This document shows positions 54,294 to 64,000 of a stretch of DNA of 64,000 nt, piece by piece. The stretch is from Candidatus Zambryskibacteria bacterium CG10_big_fil_rev_8_21_14_0_10_42_12 (GTDB taxonomy: Bacteria; Patescibacteriota; Minisyncoccia; Phycocordibacterales; 1-14-0-10-42-12): the NCBI GenBank assembly GCA_002787695.1, contig PCXL01000011.1, forward strand, positions 138,250 to 202,249, written 5' to 3'. The translations under genes and the position numbers were made by a program. Each line of letters opens with the position of its first letter. Positions within the stretch are counted from its first letter, which is position 1. The notes below the pieces were generated by a model. That model searched no databases. It was not told where the DNA came from and was given only the letters and a program-made list of their open reading frames with translations.

Positions 54294-56906
54294 ATGACAC
54301 CTAATAAAAAGAAAGAAGAAAACGAGGATAAAATTATCGTAAAAGGTGCTCGCACACACAATCTAAAAGACATTACGGTAGAAATGCCTCGAAATAAAAT
54401 GGTGGTGTTTACCGGACTTTCCGGAAGTGGAAAGTCGTCTTTGGCATTTGACACTATTTTTGCCGAAGGGCAACGGCGCTATGTTGAGTCACTTTCTTCT
54501 TATGCTCGTCAGTTTTTGCGACAAATGCAAAAACCAGATGTAGATGAAATCGTGGGACTTTCTCCTGCTATTTCTATTGATCAAAAATCTCGATCAAACA
54601 ACCCTCGATCTACAGTGGCAACCATCACTGAAATTCATGATTATCTTCGTGTGCTCTATGCGCGTATAGGGAAGCCTCATTGTTTAGTGTGTGGACGTGA
54701 AATAGAGCGACTTTCAACAGATGAAATCAGAAAGTTTATTGTAGAGCGGATTGAAAAAGTTTCTAAGGACGTGGCGGCTAAAAAAACTCTTCTCCCTACA
54801 TACATTGAACTATGGGCACCTGTCGTACGTGGACGCAAAGGTGAATATTATCAATTACTCTATGACCTTTTGGGTTCTGGATATACAGAAGTGATGGTGG
54901 ACGGGGTGCGCAAAAAACTGCGTGAGCAAATCACGCTTTCAAAAACTAAACGACATGATATTGATGTGCTTATCGATGCGATCAGTATTGAGGAATGGCA
55001 AGAAGACAAAAAAAGTGCCGGAGAGCGTCTTGTTGAATCACTTGAAAAATCAATGGAAGAATCAGAAGGGCTCGTACGGATTGTCATAAACGAAATGACT
55101 CGCCAGAAGGAAAAAGAGTATGTGCCAGAGAGTTTTGTCATGTCGTCAAAATTCTCTTGTCCGCATGATGGCTTTTCTTTCCCTGAAATAGAGCCTCGCC
55201 TCTTCTCATTCAACTCTCCATATGGCGCATGTCCAGAATGTAATGGGCTTGGTACGAAGTATTTCTTTGGTGATGAAAAATGTCCTGTGTGTGATGGTGC
55301 GCGACTTCGTCCTGAGGCGCTCAAGGTACTTATTGGCGGGAAAAATATAGTGGAGTTTGCATCTCTTTCCATTAAGGATGCATATGACTTTTTCGTAGAA
55401 CTCGACCTTTCAAAAAGAGATCAGGAAATTTCAAAGGTTGTTGTGAAAGAAATCACATCACGACTGGAGTTTATGTTGAACGTCGGTATTGAGTATCTTT
55501 CGCTCGACAGGCGCGCCCATACACTTTCAGGTGGTGAGGCTCAGCGTATCAGGCTTGCCAGTCAGCTTGGCTCAGGGCTCGTAGGAGCGCTCTACGTGCT
55601 CGATGAACCAACGATTGGTCTTCACTCTCGTGATAACGATAGACTTATTGAAACGCTGCTACATCTGCGTGACTTAGGAAATACGATTATTGTGGTTGAG
55701 CACGATGAAGATACTATTTATGCATCAGACTATATTGTCGATATTGGACCTGGTGCAGGTGTACACGGAGGAGAAGTTGTAGTTTCTGGGTGGCTTGATG
55801 AACTGCTTTCAAAAAAGAAATTAGAGAAAGGTGAAGAATCACTTACTCTTGAATACCTCCGTAAAGAAAAAGAAGTTCCTATCCCAGACGAACGAAGAAT
55901 GCAAGATAAAGGATCACTCAAAATAAAAGGGGGTAAGGTGTTTAATATTCAAAATATGAACATAGACGTACCGCTCAGCCGTTTTGTTTCTGTGACGGGT
56001 GTGTCGGGATCCGGTAAGTCTTCGTTTGTGTACGAGATTCTCTACAAAAACTTACAGGCACGATTTGAGAAAAAATATCGTTCAAATGATGTGTACAATT
56101 GTTCAAGTTTTACCGGGACTGAATATATCAGTCGTTCTATCTTGATCGATCAGTCGCCGATCGGGAGAACGCCACGCAGTAACCCGGCGACATACACGGG
56201 TTCGTGGACCTATATCAGGCAACTGTTTGCAGAGACTAGTGAAGCGCGTGTGCGTGGTTGGGGACCTGGAAGATTCTCATTTAATACCAAAGGCGGTCGT
56301 TGTGAGACGTGTCAGGGCAATGGAGAGATTGCCGTTGAAATGCATTTTTTGCCAACGGTGTATGTGCCGTGTGATGTATGTAACGGAAAACGATTTACCA
56401 AAGATACACTTGAGGTTAAATATAAAAAGAAAAATATCTTTGAAGTTTTGAAGATGACTGTCGAAGAAGCCGTTACATTCTTCGAAGACATTCCTGCTAT
56501 TTATGACAGACTCAAAACACTTGAGGAAGTGGGTCTCGGCTATCTAGAGCTCGGTCAATCAGCAACCACACTCTCTGGTGGTGAGGCACAACGTGTGAAG
56601 ATCTCTTCAGAGCTCTATAGACCACACATGCAAAAGACTTTGTATATTCTCGATGAACCGTCTATCGGTCTTCATTATGAAGACGTACGGAAATTGATTG
56701 AGATTCTTGATCGTCTCGTACAAAAAGGCAACTCGGTCATCGTGATCGAGCACAATATGGATATTATAAAAAGTTCGGACTATGTGATCGACATTGGACC
56801 AGAAGGTGGTGAAGGTGGTGGAAAAATTGTAGCAAAGGGTACTCCAGAAGAAGTAGCTAACAATAAAAATTCTTATACAGGGCAGTATTTAAAGAAAATT
56901 TTATAA
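54294..56906 (+). CDS. uvrA: Excinuclease ABC subunit A (compact, 870 aa)
   Basis: Two ABC modules ([12 protein letters not shown]; [11 protein letters not shown]; two LSGGE signatures), zinc-finger cysteine clusters, and DEPTIGLH / DEPSIGLH. Confidence 0.9.
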   Translation: MTPNKKKEENEDKIIVKGARTHNLKDITVEMPRNKMVVFTGLSGSGKSSLAFDTIFAEGQRRYVESLSSYARQFLRQMQKPDVDEIVGLSPAISIDQKSRSNNPRSTVATITEIHDYLRVLYARIGKPHCLVCGREIERLSTDEIRKFIVERIEKVSKDVAAKKTLLPTYIELWAPVVRGRKGEYYQLLYDLLGSGYTEVMVDGVRKKLREQITLSKTKRHDIDVLIDAISIEEWQEDKKSAGERLVESLEKSMEESEGLVRIVINEMTRQKEKEYVPESFVMSSKFSCPHDGFSFPEIEPRLFSFNSPYGACPECNGLGTKYFFGDEKCPVCDGARLRPEALKVLIGGKNIVEFASLSIKDAYDFFVELDLSKRDQEISKVVVKEITSRLEFMLNVGIEYLSLDRRAHTLSGGEAQRIRLASQLGSGLVGALYVLDEPTIGLHSRDNDRLIETLLHLRDLGNTIIVVEHDEDTIYASDYIVDIGPGAGVHGGEVVVSGWLDELLSKKKLEKGEESLTLEYLRKEKEVPIPDERRMQDKGSLKIKGGKVFNIQNMNIDVPLSRFVSVTGVSGSGKSSFVYEILYKNLQARFEKKYRSNDVYNCSSFTGTEYISRSILIDQSPIGRTPRSNPATYTGSWTYIRQLFAETSEARVRGWGPGRFSFNTKGGRCETCQGNGEIAVEMHFLPTVYVPCDVCNGKRFTKDTLEVKYKKKNIFEVLKMTVEEAVTFFEDIPAIYDRLKTLEEVGLGYLELGQSATTLSGGEAQRVKISSELYRPHMQKTLYILDEPSIGLHYEDVRKLIEILDRLVQKGNSVIVIEHNMDIIKSSDYVIDIGPEGGEGGGKIVAKGTPEEVANNKNSYTGQYLKKIL

Positions 56907-56928
56907 ACGAGAAACAGCCAACTCATTT

Positions 56929-57273
56929 TCACAAGTTGGCCGTTGTGTAGATTTTCACTATCCGTAGAGGTGATTCACAGGGAAGGGGGAAGTGCTTGAC
57001 TTGTTCCCCGACAAACTCTTCGATTCGTATGAGAGCTTTCTCCTCCATGAGATTGCTGAGTATCCGATCGAACGATCTTTTGTCGGCTTCCTCAAATAAA
57101 TCATAGGGACGATTTGTCCAGGTCAGCCGTGCACCCAATCTGCCCGCCCTGTGTACTGCCGTCACCACGGTGTTTTCACCGAGATACACGAGAAAGTAAA
57201 GATTGACCTTCTTGCGCATCACTAAGTACCACAACCGTAGATCTTGAAGTTTGCGTAGTATAAGAGATAGCAT
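56929..57273 (-). CDS. Hypothetical 114-aa protein (the N-terminal 120 codons of the ORF track call are probably spurious)
   Basis: A minus-strand intrinsic terminator at 57313-57357 lies inside the 234-aa ORF track call. The Met at 57273 is preceded by AAGGAG. No recognised domain. Confidence 0.3.
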   Translation of the reverse strand: MLSLILRKLQDLRLWYLVMRKKVNLYFLVYLGENTVVTAVHRAGRLGARLTWTNRPYDLFEEADKRSFDRILSNLMEEKALIRIEEFVGEQVKHFPLPCESPLRIVKIYTTANL

Positions 57274-57312
57274 ACCTCTCTTTCTCCTTTGTACAGACTG
57301 TTCCACATTGTA

Positions 57313-57357
57313 ACAAAAAACAAGCCGGCGCGGAGTTTCGGGCAACTCCGGCCGGTT
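57313..57357 (-). terminator. Intrinsic terminator (minus strand) located upstream of the 56929-57273 gene; terminator/attenuator of a ~360-nt GC-rich minus-strand RNA
   Basis: Minus strand reads accggccggag-ttgcccgaaa-ctccgcgccggc followed by UUGUUUUUUGUU. Confidence 0.55.
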
Positions 57358-57723
57358 AGGAGCAAACTTACTCTCCAGATGTGTTAGTTTGGTCCTTATC
57401 TTTTGGGGGTGCTGGGTGAGAAGGCACCACCTGTATTTCCCTTTGAACAGTAATTGGTCGTGGCCGACTGGATCGCGCGACCAGATCAGGATCTGTGTCA
57501 GAGGGGGGTTGTGGTACGCCAGCTGTTCCGATGAAGTACATTTTCTATCCTCCCGAAGTGTCAGGGGTCCAAGGAAAGATGATAACATATTTTTTAAATG
57601 AATGGATGCCGGATCGTCCGAGCTGGCACCCACCTTTGTGCCTCCTTGGGCGCTTTAGCACCCAGCCATTCCGCGCTGAATCGTGCGCAAGAATGAGTCT
57701 TCTTGTTTTGATGTTTCGGGCAT

Positions 57724-59061
57724 ATGTCACCTACCTGTATTGATTTATATCATTTTTTGTTTTATTGTCAATATGTGCACACTGCTCAATTTAAAAAAAT
57801 AACAGCAAATTTACCAGATACTCCTGGTGTTTATTTTTTCATTGGCTCGCCGAAACAACGTGAAGGCGGCTCGGGGAAAAACTTGTCTACAGAGTCATCT
57901 AAAATCCTCTATATCGGCAAAGCAACGTCTCTCAAGAGTCGTGTTAAAAGTTATTTTGCTTCTGATCTATTTGAGCGTCGCGGGCCAAAGATAGTCAAAA
58001 TGATTGAAGAGGCACATGATGTTACGTTTGAAAAAACAGAGTCTGCACTTGAGGCGATGATTTTAGAAGCGGTTCTTATCAAAAAACACAAGCCGCTCTA
58101 TAACACGCTTGGCATTGATGACAAGAGCTACCAGTATGTGGTGATAACTGATGAAGAGTTTCCGCGTGTTGTGCTCGTGCGTGCAAATGATCTCATGCAG
58201 GCTGAAATGGGTGCCTATGAATTGCCGTACAAAATTAAAAAGAAATTTGGACCGTATCCTTACGGATCTTCGCTTAAAGAGGCACTTCGTATTATTCGGA
58301 AAATTTTTCCATTTCGTGATGAAAAAGCAGTAATCGCACACAATGAACGTTTTTATCGAACACTAGGGTTGTCTCCAAACATTGATGGTGCGGAAGCAAA
58401 AAAAACATATGCAAGAACTATTCGTCACATCATCTTGTTTTTTGAAGGTAAAAAGAAAACGTTGATAAAAGAGCTTGAGCGAGAGATGAAAAGTTTGGCG
58501 CGTGAGCAAAAATTTGAAGAAGCAGAGAGAGCAAAACATACCATGTTTGCTCTTACACATATTCGTGATATTTCACTCATAAAACGAGATTTTTATGCAG
58601 ACGAGACACGCACACAAACTGGTTTCAGGATCGAGGCATACGACATTGCGCATACTGCAGGTAAAGACGTTGTCGGGGTCATGACCGTGCTTGTTGACGG
58701 TGAGCCGGACAAAGGTCAATACAGAAAATTTAATATAAAGGGTGGTACGGGAAATAACGACGTGGCGGCGCTTAAAGAAATTTTAAACAGGCGCCTGGAA
58801 CGAACTGAGTGGCCAATGCCAAAACTTATTGTGGTAGATGGTGGAAAACCGCAGATGAATGCGGCAGAAGATGTACTAGAAAAAGCGGGTGTGCAGATAC
58901 CAGTTGTATGTGTGACAAAGGATGAATTTCATCGACCGAGAACTATTGGCGGTTCAAAAGAAGTGATAAAAAATCAAGAAGACGATATTATTTTTGCAAA
59001 CGCAGAAGCGCACCGATTCGCACTCGCATTTCATAAAAATAAAAGAGGAAAAATAAAATAA
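57724..59061 (+). CDS. uvrC: Excinuclease ABC subunit C (short form: GIY-YIG + UVR + RNase-H-like endonuclease, no HhH)
   Basis: GIY-YIG (PGVYFF...ILYIGKATSLKSRVKSYF...E), a UVR domain (MKSLAREQKFEEAERAKHTMFALTHI), and the endonuclease motif EAYDIAHTAG. The exact start is uncertain. Confidence 0.8.
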   Translation: MSPTCIDLYHFLFYCQYVHTAQFKKITANLPDTPGVYFFIGSPKQREGGSGKNLSTESSKILYIGKATSLKSRVKSYFASDLFERRGPKIVKMIEEAHDVTFEKTESALEAMILEAVLIKKHKPLYNTLGIDDKSYQYVVITDEEFPRVVLVRANDLMQAEMGAYELPYKIKKKFGPYPYGSSLKEALRIIRKIFPFRDEKAVIAHNERFYRTLGLSPNIDGAEAKKTYARTIRHIILFFEGKKKTLIKELEREMKSLAREQKFEEAERAKHTMFALTHIRDISLIKRDFYADETRTQTGFRIEAYDIAHTAGKDVVGVMTVLVDGEPDKGQYRKFNIKGGTGNNDVAALKEILNRRLERTEWPMPKLIVVDGGKPQMNAAEDVLEKAGVQIPVVCVTKDEFHRPRTIGGSKEVIKNQEDDIIFANAEAHRFALAFHKNKRGKIK

Positions 59062-59311
59062 AACATAAGGCGCCGCACGACTAACTTCACGGGGAGGTGT
59101 GAAATACTAATCGTGCGGCGCTGCCTCTCGGTCTCCGACACGCGCCGGGCGCGAGAGCGAAGGAGGAGGAACCAAGAGGCGAACTAAAATCTGCTAACAT
59201 AGATGATATATACATGTACCACAGATTTCAATTGATTTTTTTACTATTTTATTTTATAAAAGATAATCTTCCACATCACGAAAATTGTTCAAGTGATATA
59301 TAATAAAGCAT

Positions 59312-60274
59312 ATGTCAAAACTTACCGTCGGTGTTTTACGTGGTGGACCATCGCATGAATACGAAGTCTCTCTCAATACTGGTAGAACAGTTCTTCAGCA
59401 TATGCCCGATACATATAGACCAGTAGACATTTTTATCTCCAAAGATGGCGAGTGGCATATTGATGGCATTGTGAGAAAACCAATGGATGCACTTCGTGGT
59501 GTAGATGTTGCTTTTAATGCGCTCCATGGTGAATATGGGGAAGATGGTCAGGTACAACGACTGCTTGAAGATATCGGCATTCCGTTTACTGGCTCTGATG
59601 CTATAGGAGCAGCGCTTTCTATGCACAAGGCACAGGCAAAAGAAATGTTTAAAAAAGCAGGTATTAAGGTTCCATCACATAGAATTGTGCAAAGAGAAGA
59701 ACCTCGCAATAATCTTGTTAGAGAAGTCTTTGAAACAATGTTTTTACCTCTTATGATCAAGCCGGTAGCCGCAGGTTCGTCTGTCGGCATGACTATTTTA
59801 TTTAATTATCACGATATTCCAAAAGCACTTGATGATGCATTTGAATTTAGTGATAGTGTATTAATTGAACATTTTATTAGAGGACGTGAAGCAACATGTA
59901 GTATCGTTGAGGACTTTAGAAACAGTCGTCATTACGCACTTTTACCAATCGAGATCGTGTGTCATCCGCATAAGAAGTTTTTAGATTACGAAGCAAAATA
60001 CGATACGGGTGCTGATTCATTTTGTCCGGGTAATTTTTCATACGAAGAAAAACAGAGAATTGAACAAGCCGCAATCTTGGCGCATGATGTGCTTGGACTT
60101 CGACATTATTCTCGATCCGATTTTATACTGACCCCTAAGGGAGAAGTTTATATTTTAGAAACAAATTCACTTCCTGGACTAACTGACCATTCATTTTTAC
60201 CAAAATCACTCACCGCTGTTGGGTCCAACATGCCCGAGTTTCTAGATCATGTAATACATTTAGCAGTGAGATAG
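59312..60274 (+). CDS. ddl: D-alanine--D-alanine ligase
   Basis: ATP-grasp motifs (LHGEYGEDG, KPVAAGSSVGM, EIVCHPHKKFLDYEAKY, LETNSLPGLT). Confidence 0.9.
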   Translation: MSKLTVGVLRGGPSHEYEVSLNTGRTVLQHMPDTYRPVDIFISKDGEWHIDGIVRKPMDALRGVDVAFNALHGEYGEDGQVQRLLEDIGIPFTGSDAIGAALSMHKAQAKEMFKKAGIKVPSHRIVQREEPRNNLVREVFETMFLPLMIKPVAAGSSVGMTILFNYHDIPKALDDAFEFSDSVLIEHFIRGREATCSIVEDFRNSRHYALLPIEIVCHPHKKFLDYEAKYDTGADSFCPGNFSYEEKQRIEQAAILAHDVLGLRHYSRSDFILTPKGEVYILETNSLPGLTDHSFLPKSLTAVGSNMPEFLDHVIHLAVR

Positions 60275-60279
60275 GGTTC

Positions 60280-61348
60280 TCACCTAATATTGAGTACATT
60301 TTGGTCAGTAATGGCTTGATCAAGTGATTGACTCCATGAATTATCAGTAAAGGTCAACTCCTGTAGTTCCTGACTACTTGTGTACACTATAAATGAATTC
60401 TTATTTCGAACATCAGTTTTGTATGTAAACGTGTTGTTGCGTATAACAACGTCATTAGAAAGTTCAAACCATAAAAGGGTAGTACGTGGCGCATCCGTTT
60501 CAGGAGTACTCATGTGGCGAACCGTATTTTCAGTTATAAAAACATTGTCTGTATTTGTTAGTAATATTTCAAGAGCATTATTTTCAAGAATGTTATTCTC
60601 AATATATATATATCTTTTATACGTTCATGTGCATTATAAGCGTGTATACCGGCACCCGCATGTTCACGTATTATATTTCCCTTAATTACAATATCGGACA
60701 TACTTTTTTGTAATAATCGGACAGATAAATTCCGTGAACATGCCATGGACTGTAATTGGTTAAACCGTTTTGTTCAATACGATTATTTTCAATAAGGATG
60801 TCGTGTGCAGATACAACGAGAATGCCTTGTCCGCAAAATTCTTTTACTACGCATGAGTCTCCATTATTATGAATATAGTTGTTTCTTACGATATTATGTG
60901 AACCGTTTACAACGATTCCATCCCATCCGTTTCGAATTTCAAATCCGTCAATTATTTGCCACTCTCCATTTAGAGCAACAAAATCTTTGTATGTCGTTCC
61001 ACGAGGTTCGATTATCGGATTTTCATCTGTAAAATTCTTTAATGTAATAGGTGCATTTTTGGTTCCACTAGTGTTCCATTCAATTTTTTCATTATAAACT
61101 CCTTCTCGAACTAAGATCGTATCACCTGGCTTGGCATTATCGAGGGCTTCTTGAATAGTTGAAAATTGTGCGTTTGGTATTTTGGCTACGATCAAAGGGT
61201 CATCTGACTCGGCCTGTACAGTAGCTGTTTCGTTTGTATGTTGCAGTGTTACCTCCGAATCAGTTTGTTTTGACGTACTGCTACGTACAATGATTACGAG
61301 TAAAACACACACGAGAATCAACAAAATCCCTTTTTTAATCATGCTCAT
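60280..61348 (-). pseudogene. Secreted right-handed beta-helix (pectate-lyase/NosD-like) protein, apparently split across three frames; probable pseudogene or frameshifted gene
   Basis: 60686-61348 carries a signal peptide plus beta-helix repeats (IVVNGSHNIVRNNYIHNNGDSC). The ORFs at 60558-60746 (NIIREHAGAGIHAYNAHE) and 60280-60513 (VVIRNNTFTY) continue the beta-helix in shifted frames, with a repetitive atatatat stretch near the junction. Confidence 0.4.
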
Positions 61349-61445
61349 ATTGTATATCAGATCTAGGAATAATCCTTTGGAGAGCAGTTTAGTGTACTTG
61401 CTTACCTAGTTTTGCTCTTTTAGTATTACATTTGTAGCACTTCGT

Positions 61446-62156
61446 ATGAAGCGGATCAAAACAAACAATCAGAAAAAAGTTGCCATATTTGATATAGACG
61501 GAACAATTTTCCGGTCTAGTTTATTGATCGAAGTAGTAGAGGCACTTATTGATAAGGGTATTTTTCCTGATACTGCCAGAAAAACATATATTCGTGCACA
61601 AAAGGCGTGGCATGATCGTACCGGTAGTTATGAAGATTATATTGATAAAGTAGTTGCAAGTTTTTTAAAACATATAAAAGGTGTGTACTATAAAGATTTT
61701 ATTAATACTGCTGAAGAAGTTGTAGAACGAGAAAAATTTACCGTATATCGATACACTAGAGATCTTATTGCTGAGTTAAAAAAGAAAAAGTATTTTCTTT
61801 TGGCAATATCGCAGTCTCCGAAAGGAATACTTGATAAATTTTGCAAACATTTAGGATTCGATAAAGTGTATGGCAGATTTTATGAAACTGGACCCATGGA
61901 TGCATTTACGGGGCGTGTTGTTGATGAACATTTGATAGGGAATAAAGCCAATATAGTTTGGCGGGCAGTTGAGAAAGAGAACCTTACTTTAAAAGATTCT
62001 ATTGGCGTAGGAGATACTGAGGGTGACATTCCGGTCTTGGAGCTTGTCGATAGGCCAATCTGTTTTAATCCAAATGCACTCCTCTATAAATGGGCCAAGA
62101 AATCAGGTGCCGAAGTGATAGTTGAGCGCAAGGATGTTGTATACAAAATACAATAA
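61446..62156 (+). CDS. HAD-superfamily hydrolase, subfamily IB (SerB-like)
   Basis: Motif I VAIFDIDGTI, motif II ISQSP, and motif IV GVGDTEGDIP. Confidence 0.75.
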   Translation: MKRIKTNNQKKVAIFDIDGTIFRSSLLIEVVEALIDKGIFPDTARKTYIRAQKAWHDRTGSYEDYIDKVVASFLKHIKGVYYKDFINTAEEVVEREKFTVYRYTRDLIAELKKKKYFLLAISQSPKGILDKFCKHLGFDKVYGRFYETGPMDAFTGRVVDEHLIGNKANIVWRAVEKENLTLKDSIGVGDTEGDIPVLELVDRPICFNPNALLYKWAKKSGAEVIVERKDVVYKIQ

Positions 62157-62186
62157 ATTCAAACACAACGGTGACATTATTTTAAG

Positions 62187-63392
62187 CTAGTTTGGTAGAG
62201 ACACGATGTCTTCGCCAGGGAACAGTTTATCTTCAGTGTTACCAGTCTTGAAGTAGATACCCACCTTTGGAAATGTGGGAGCTATGTATTGTGGTAGCCA
62301 GCCATTATCACAATTGTTTTGGTTTACAACTGCACTTGTATGATCCCATGTTGGAATTTCACCAGCGGCTCTATTTTCATTAGGAACCTTTTTCACACAG
62401 TACCATGCGCCGATCGGCACAGACAGCTCGTTCCGTGCAGTGGGATTTTCAGGACCGTAGTGACTCACTTCTAATCGCCGTTTAAGACCAAAGGCACCAG
62501 TTTTGTTCCATGTGTCCTTATTCATAATATCCCCCTTGTGTTCATCTGGAATAAAGAATGTGGATGCTTCACAAATAGTTAAACCAAAATCCCATGAAAG
62601 AAAACTGTTTGCCGTTCCATACCATTGTTCACATCTCTTATAATCATTCCAGTCTTCTTGGTCGGGTGATGCAATAATAAATTGGTCACGGCCAGGCCAT
62701 GTGATGCCATACGTGTCGTCGTATCCACCAAATTCTCCTGCGCGCGTCATTCGTTGATTGCGCATTTCTGGATATCCAAAAAACATCCATCCTTGCCAGA
62801 AGGAAACTCCTCCAGACTGATCCTTTGCGTACACCTCATATGAGTGAAGCGGACCACTTCTTCCGTGTGGATTACTTTGTGCGTGGAAACGGATATAGAG
62901 CTCAACACCGCTGGCTGTCATTGAGTAACCCTTGTATGCCTGGTGTTTCATCTCGTTTTCTTTTGGAGTTGATTCATCTCCGCCCCAAATGACGGGGTGG
63001 CCAAATTTTTCTATACTCCATTCGTTTGCCCATGCCGGCGGTTCATCTCCGTGTTCGTGTGGATTGAGTCCATCGTGTGCGCCTGGTGCATGCCAGCGTG
63101 TCATTGACAATGCTTCTGTGTTGTATGAAATGGGAGCATGAGTAACTTGATTTTTAGATGTTGTTTCTAGGTTATCTTTTATTTTTTCTGTGTGAGTAGT
63201 CGTTTCTAGAACAGCATCATGTTCATATACTTTTGTATTAGTTACAAGGTTGTTATCCTGTTTTTCTTGTATCCGTTCTGTTTTTTCAGATGCTTCAATT
63301 GGTTTGTTATTTTTAGAAACTATATGTGCCCCTAAACCTATAAGTAACAAGATAACTACGGCGACAATCAATTGTATTTTTGAAAATATCAT
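62187..63392 (-). CDS. Hypothetical secreted Trp/His-rich protein
   Basis: Signal/transmembrane segment (QLIVAVVILLLIGLGAHIV). No recognised domain. Confidence 0.5.
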   Translation of the reverse strand: MIFSKIQLIVAVVILLLIGLGAHIVSKNNKPIEASEKTERIQEKQDNNLVTNTKVYEHDAVLETTTHTEKIKDNLETTSKNQVTHAPISYNTEALSMTRWHAPGAHDGLNPHEHGDEPPAWANEWSIEKFGHPVIWGGDESTPKENEMKHQAYKGYSMTASGVELYIRFHAQSNPHGRSGPLHSYEVYAKDQSGGVSFWQGWMFFGYPEMRNQRMTRAGEFGGYDDTYGITWPGRDQFIIASPDQEDWNDYKRCEQWYGTANSFLSWDFGLTICEASTFFIPDEHKGDIMNKDTWNKTGAFGLKRRLEVSHYGPENPTARNELSVPIGAWYCVKKVPNENRAAGEIPTWDHTSAVVNQNNCDNGWLPQYIAPTFPKVGIYFKTGNTEDKLFPGEDIVSLPN

Positions 63393-63568
63393 AGAACCAG
63401 ATTATCTCATTAATTAAGTCTTGCAAAGAATATGGATTGTTGTGTATTTATATAATAAAAATGATGCCGAGTTAAAAATCAGGAATTCATCTTTTCTTAA
63501 TGATTATCTTCATATACTTAAAAGGAGTTAGTATTATTAGTCTCGCTAATGTTTCTTTTAAACAAAAT

Positions 63569-63811
63569 ATGAATTATCAAAAAGGAAATGGTCTCGTGTG
63601 GACGACGCTTGTTATTGCAATTATTGCTCTCATCCTCGCCTGGGTTGCATACAATAGAACTGGTGTAAATATTGAGGAGCAGGTGCAGGCAGAAATAAAT
63701 GAGGCGTTTGCAGAGCTTAATATTGAGCTCGATACACTCGAGAGGCAAATACGCGAAGGGACAGCGGATACTCTGCAGGATGGCGCAGATGAAGTTCGGA
63801 CAGATGAATAG
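63569..63811 (+). CDS. Hypothetical small membrane protein with an acidic coiled-coil tail
   Basis: MNYQKGNGLVWTTLVIAIIALILAWVAY, followed by EEQVQAEINEAFAELNIELDTLERQ. Confidence 0.35.
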   Translation: MNYQKGNGLVWTTLVIAIIALILAWVAYNRTGVNIEEQVQAEINEAFAELNIELDTLERQIREGTADTLQDGADEVRTDE

Positions 63812-63822
63812 ATAAAAAATTC

Positions 63823-63846
63823 AAAAAGGGGCATAACCCCTTTTTG
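63823..63846 (+). terminator. Intrinsic terminator
   Basis: aaaaagggg-cataa-cccctttttg. Confidence 0.6.
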
Positions 63847-64000
63847 AATTCATGGCTTCTTCATGATGTTTAGTGTATTGTTGTAATTACGACTAACAAA
63901 AAAATAAAAAAAGGGGATACCCCTGATCCTTTAAATGATCCAGAATACGGCCATATTCTGACGCGCGCAATAATTGACACTATCCACGAACCACTTATTG

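Noticed and set aside
56929-57273. A possible Cas2-like fold for the 114-aa protein (basic, beta-strand-rich N-terminus LYFLVYLGENTVVTAV)
   Set aside because: The order of the motifs does not match Cas2 (hydrophobic strand first, then the RRR helix). There is no adjacent cas1 or repeat array. It was left as hypothetical.
1-64000. CRISPR array or cas genes
   Set aside because: No run of regularly spaced direct repeats was found anywhere. The only tandem repeats are the 27-nt coding repeat at 8974-9027 and the tRNA-Gln partial copies. No Cas-like proteins were recognised.

Overview
This 64 kb window looks like a small-genome, Candidate Phyla Radiation (Parcubacteria-like) bacterial chromosome segment. 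GC content is moderate to low, Shine-Dalgarno sites are rare, and many housekeeping genes are shortened (pheS 243 aa, thrS 576 aa, dnaX 346 aa, uvrC 445 aa), which supports that assignment by inference. Core genes recognised from protein motifs: tsf (partial), pheS, pheT, gyrB, thrS, dnaE, rnhB, rpmF, a NusB protein with a C-terminal Nudix-like domain, rnc, dnaX, typA, a DEAD-box helicase, rsuA/rluB-like, gpsA, tgt, ddl and the uvrB-uvrA-uvrC run. Two tRNAs were found by manual folding: tRNA-Thr(UGU) and tRNA-Gln(UUG). Envelope and surface genes are numerous: two membrane GT2 glycosyltransferases (one with a C-terminal LysM-like tail), two tandem M14 carboxypeptidase paralogs, an MsbA-like ABC exporter, an OmpR/HisKA two-component pair, a DUF11 surface protein, a 1031-aa beta-helix/Ig-like/peptidoglycan-binding protein and many small membrane proteins. 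No CRISPR array, cas genes, integrase, transposase or rRNA were seen. The most interesting items are: (1) a ~125-nt structured element present twice (26064-26187 and 48269-48390), each overlapping the start codon of a membrane-anchored protein gene; (2) a GIY-YIG nuclease gene sitting inside a split, re-duplicated tRNA-Thr locus bracketed by two copies of a ~43-nt hairpin repeat; (3) a tRNA-Gln locus with several partial tRNA copies in both orientations (attachment-site-like scars) followed by a small-gene island that includes a nucleoside-deoxyribosyltransferase-like/NUDIX fusion; (4) several GC-rich, ORF-ambiguous structured segments ending in intrinsic terminators (1432-1708, 6568-6715, 46490-47045, 57360-57722, 59065-59200) that may hold the missing housekeeping ncRNAs or new RNAs; (5) a low-GC island with a HEPN-motif hypothetical protein (34902-35687); (6) unusual domain fusions (NusB + degenerate Nudix; LOG + pterin-4a-carbinolamine dehydratase). 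Every call rests on manual reading of the sequence and protein motifs; no database searches were run.
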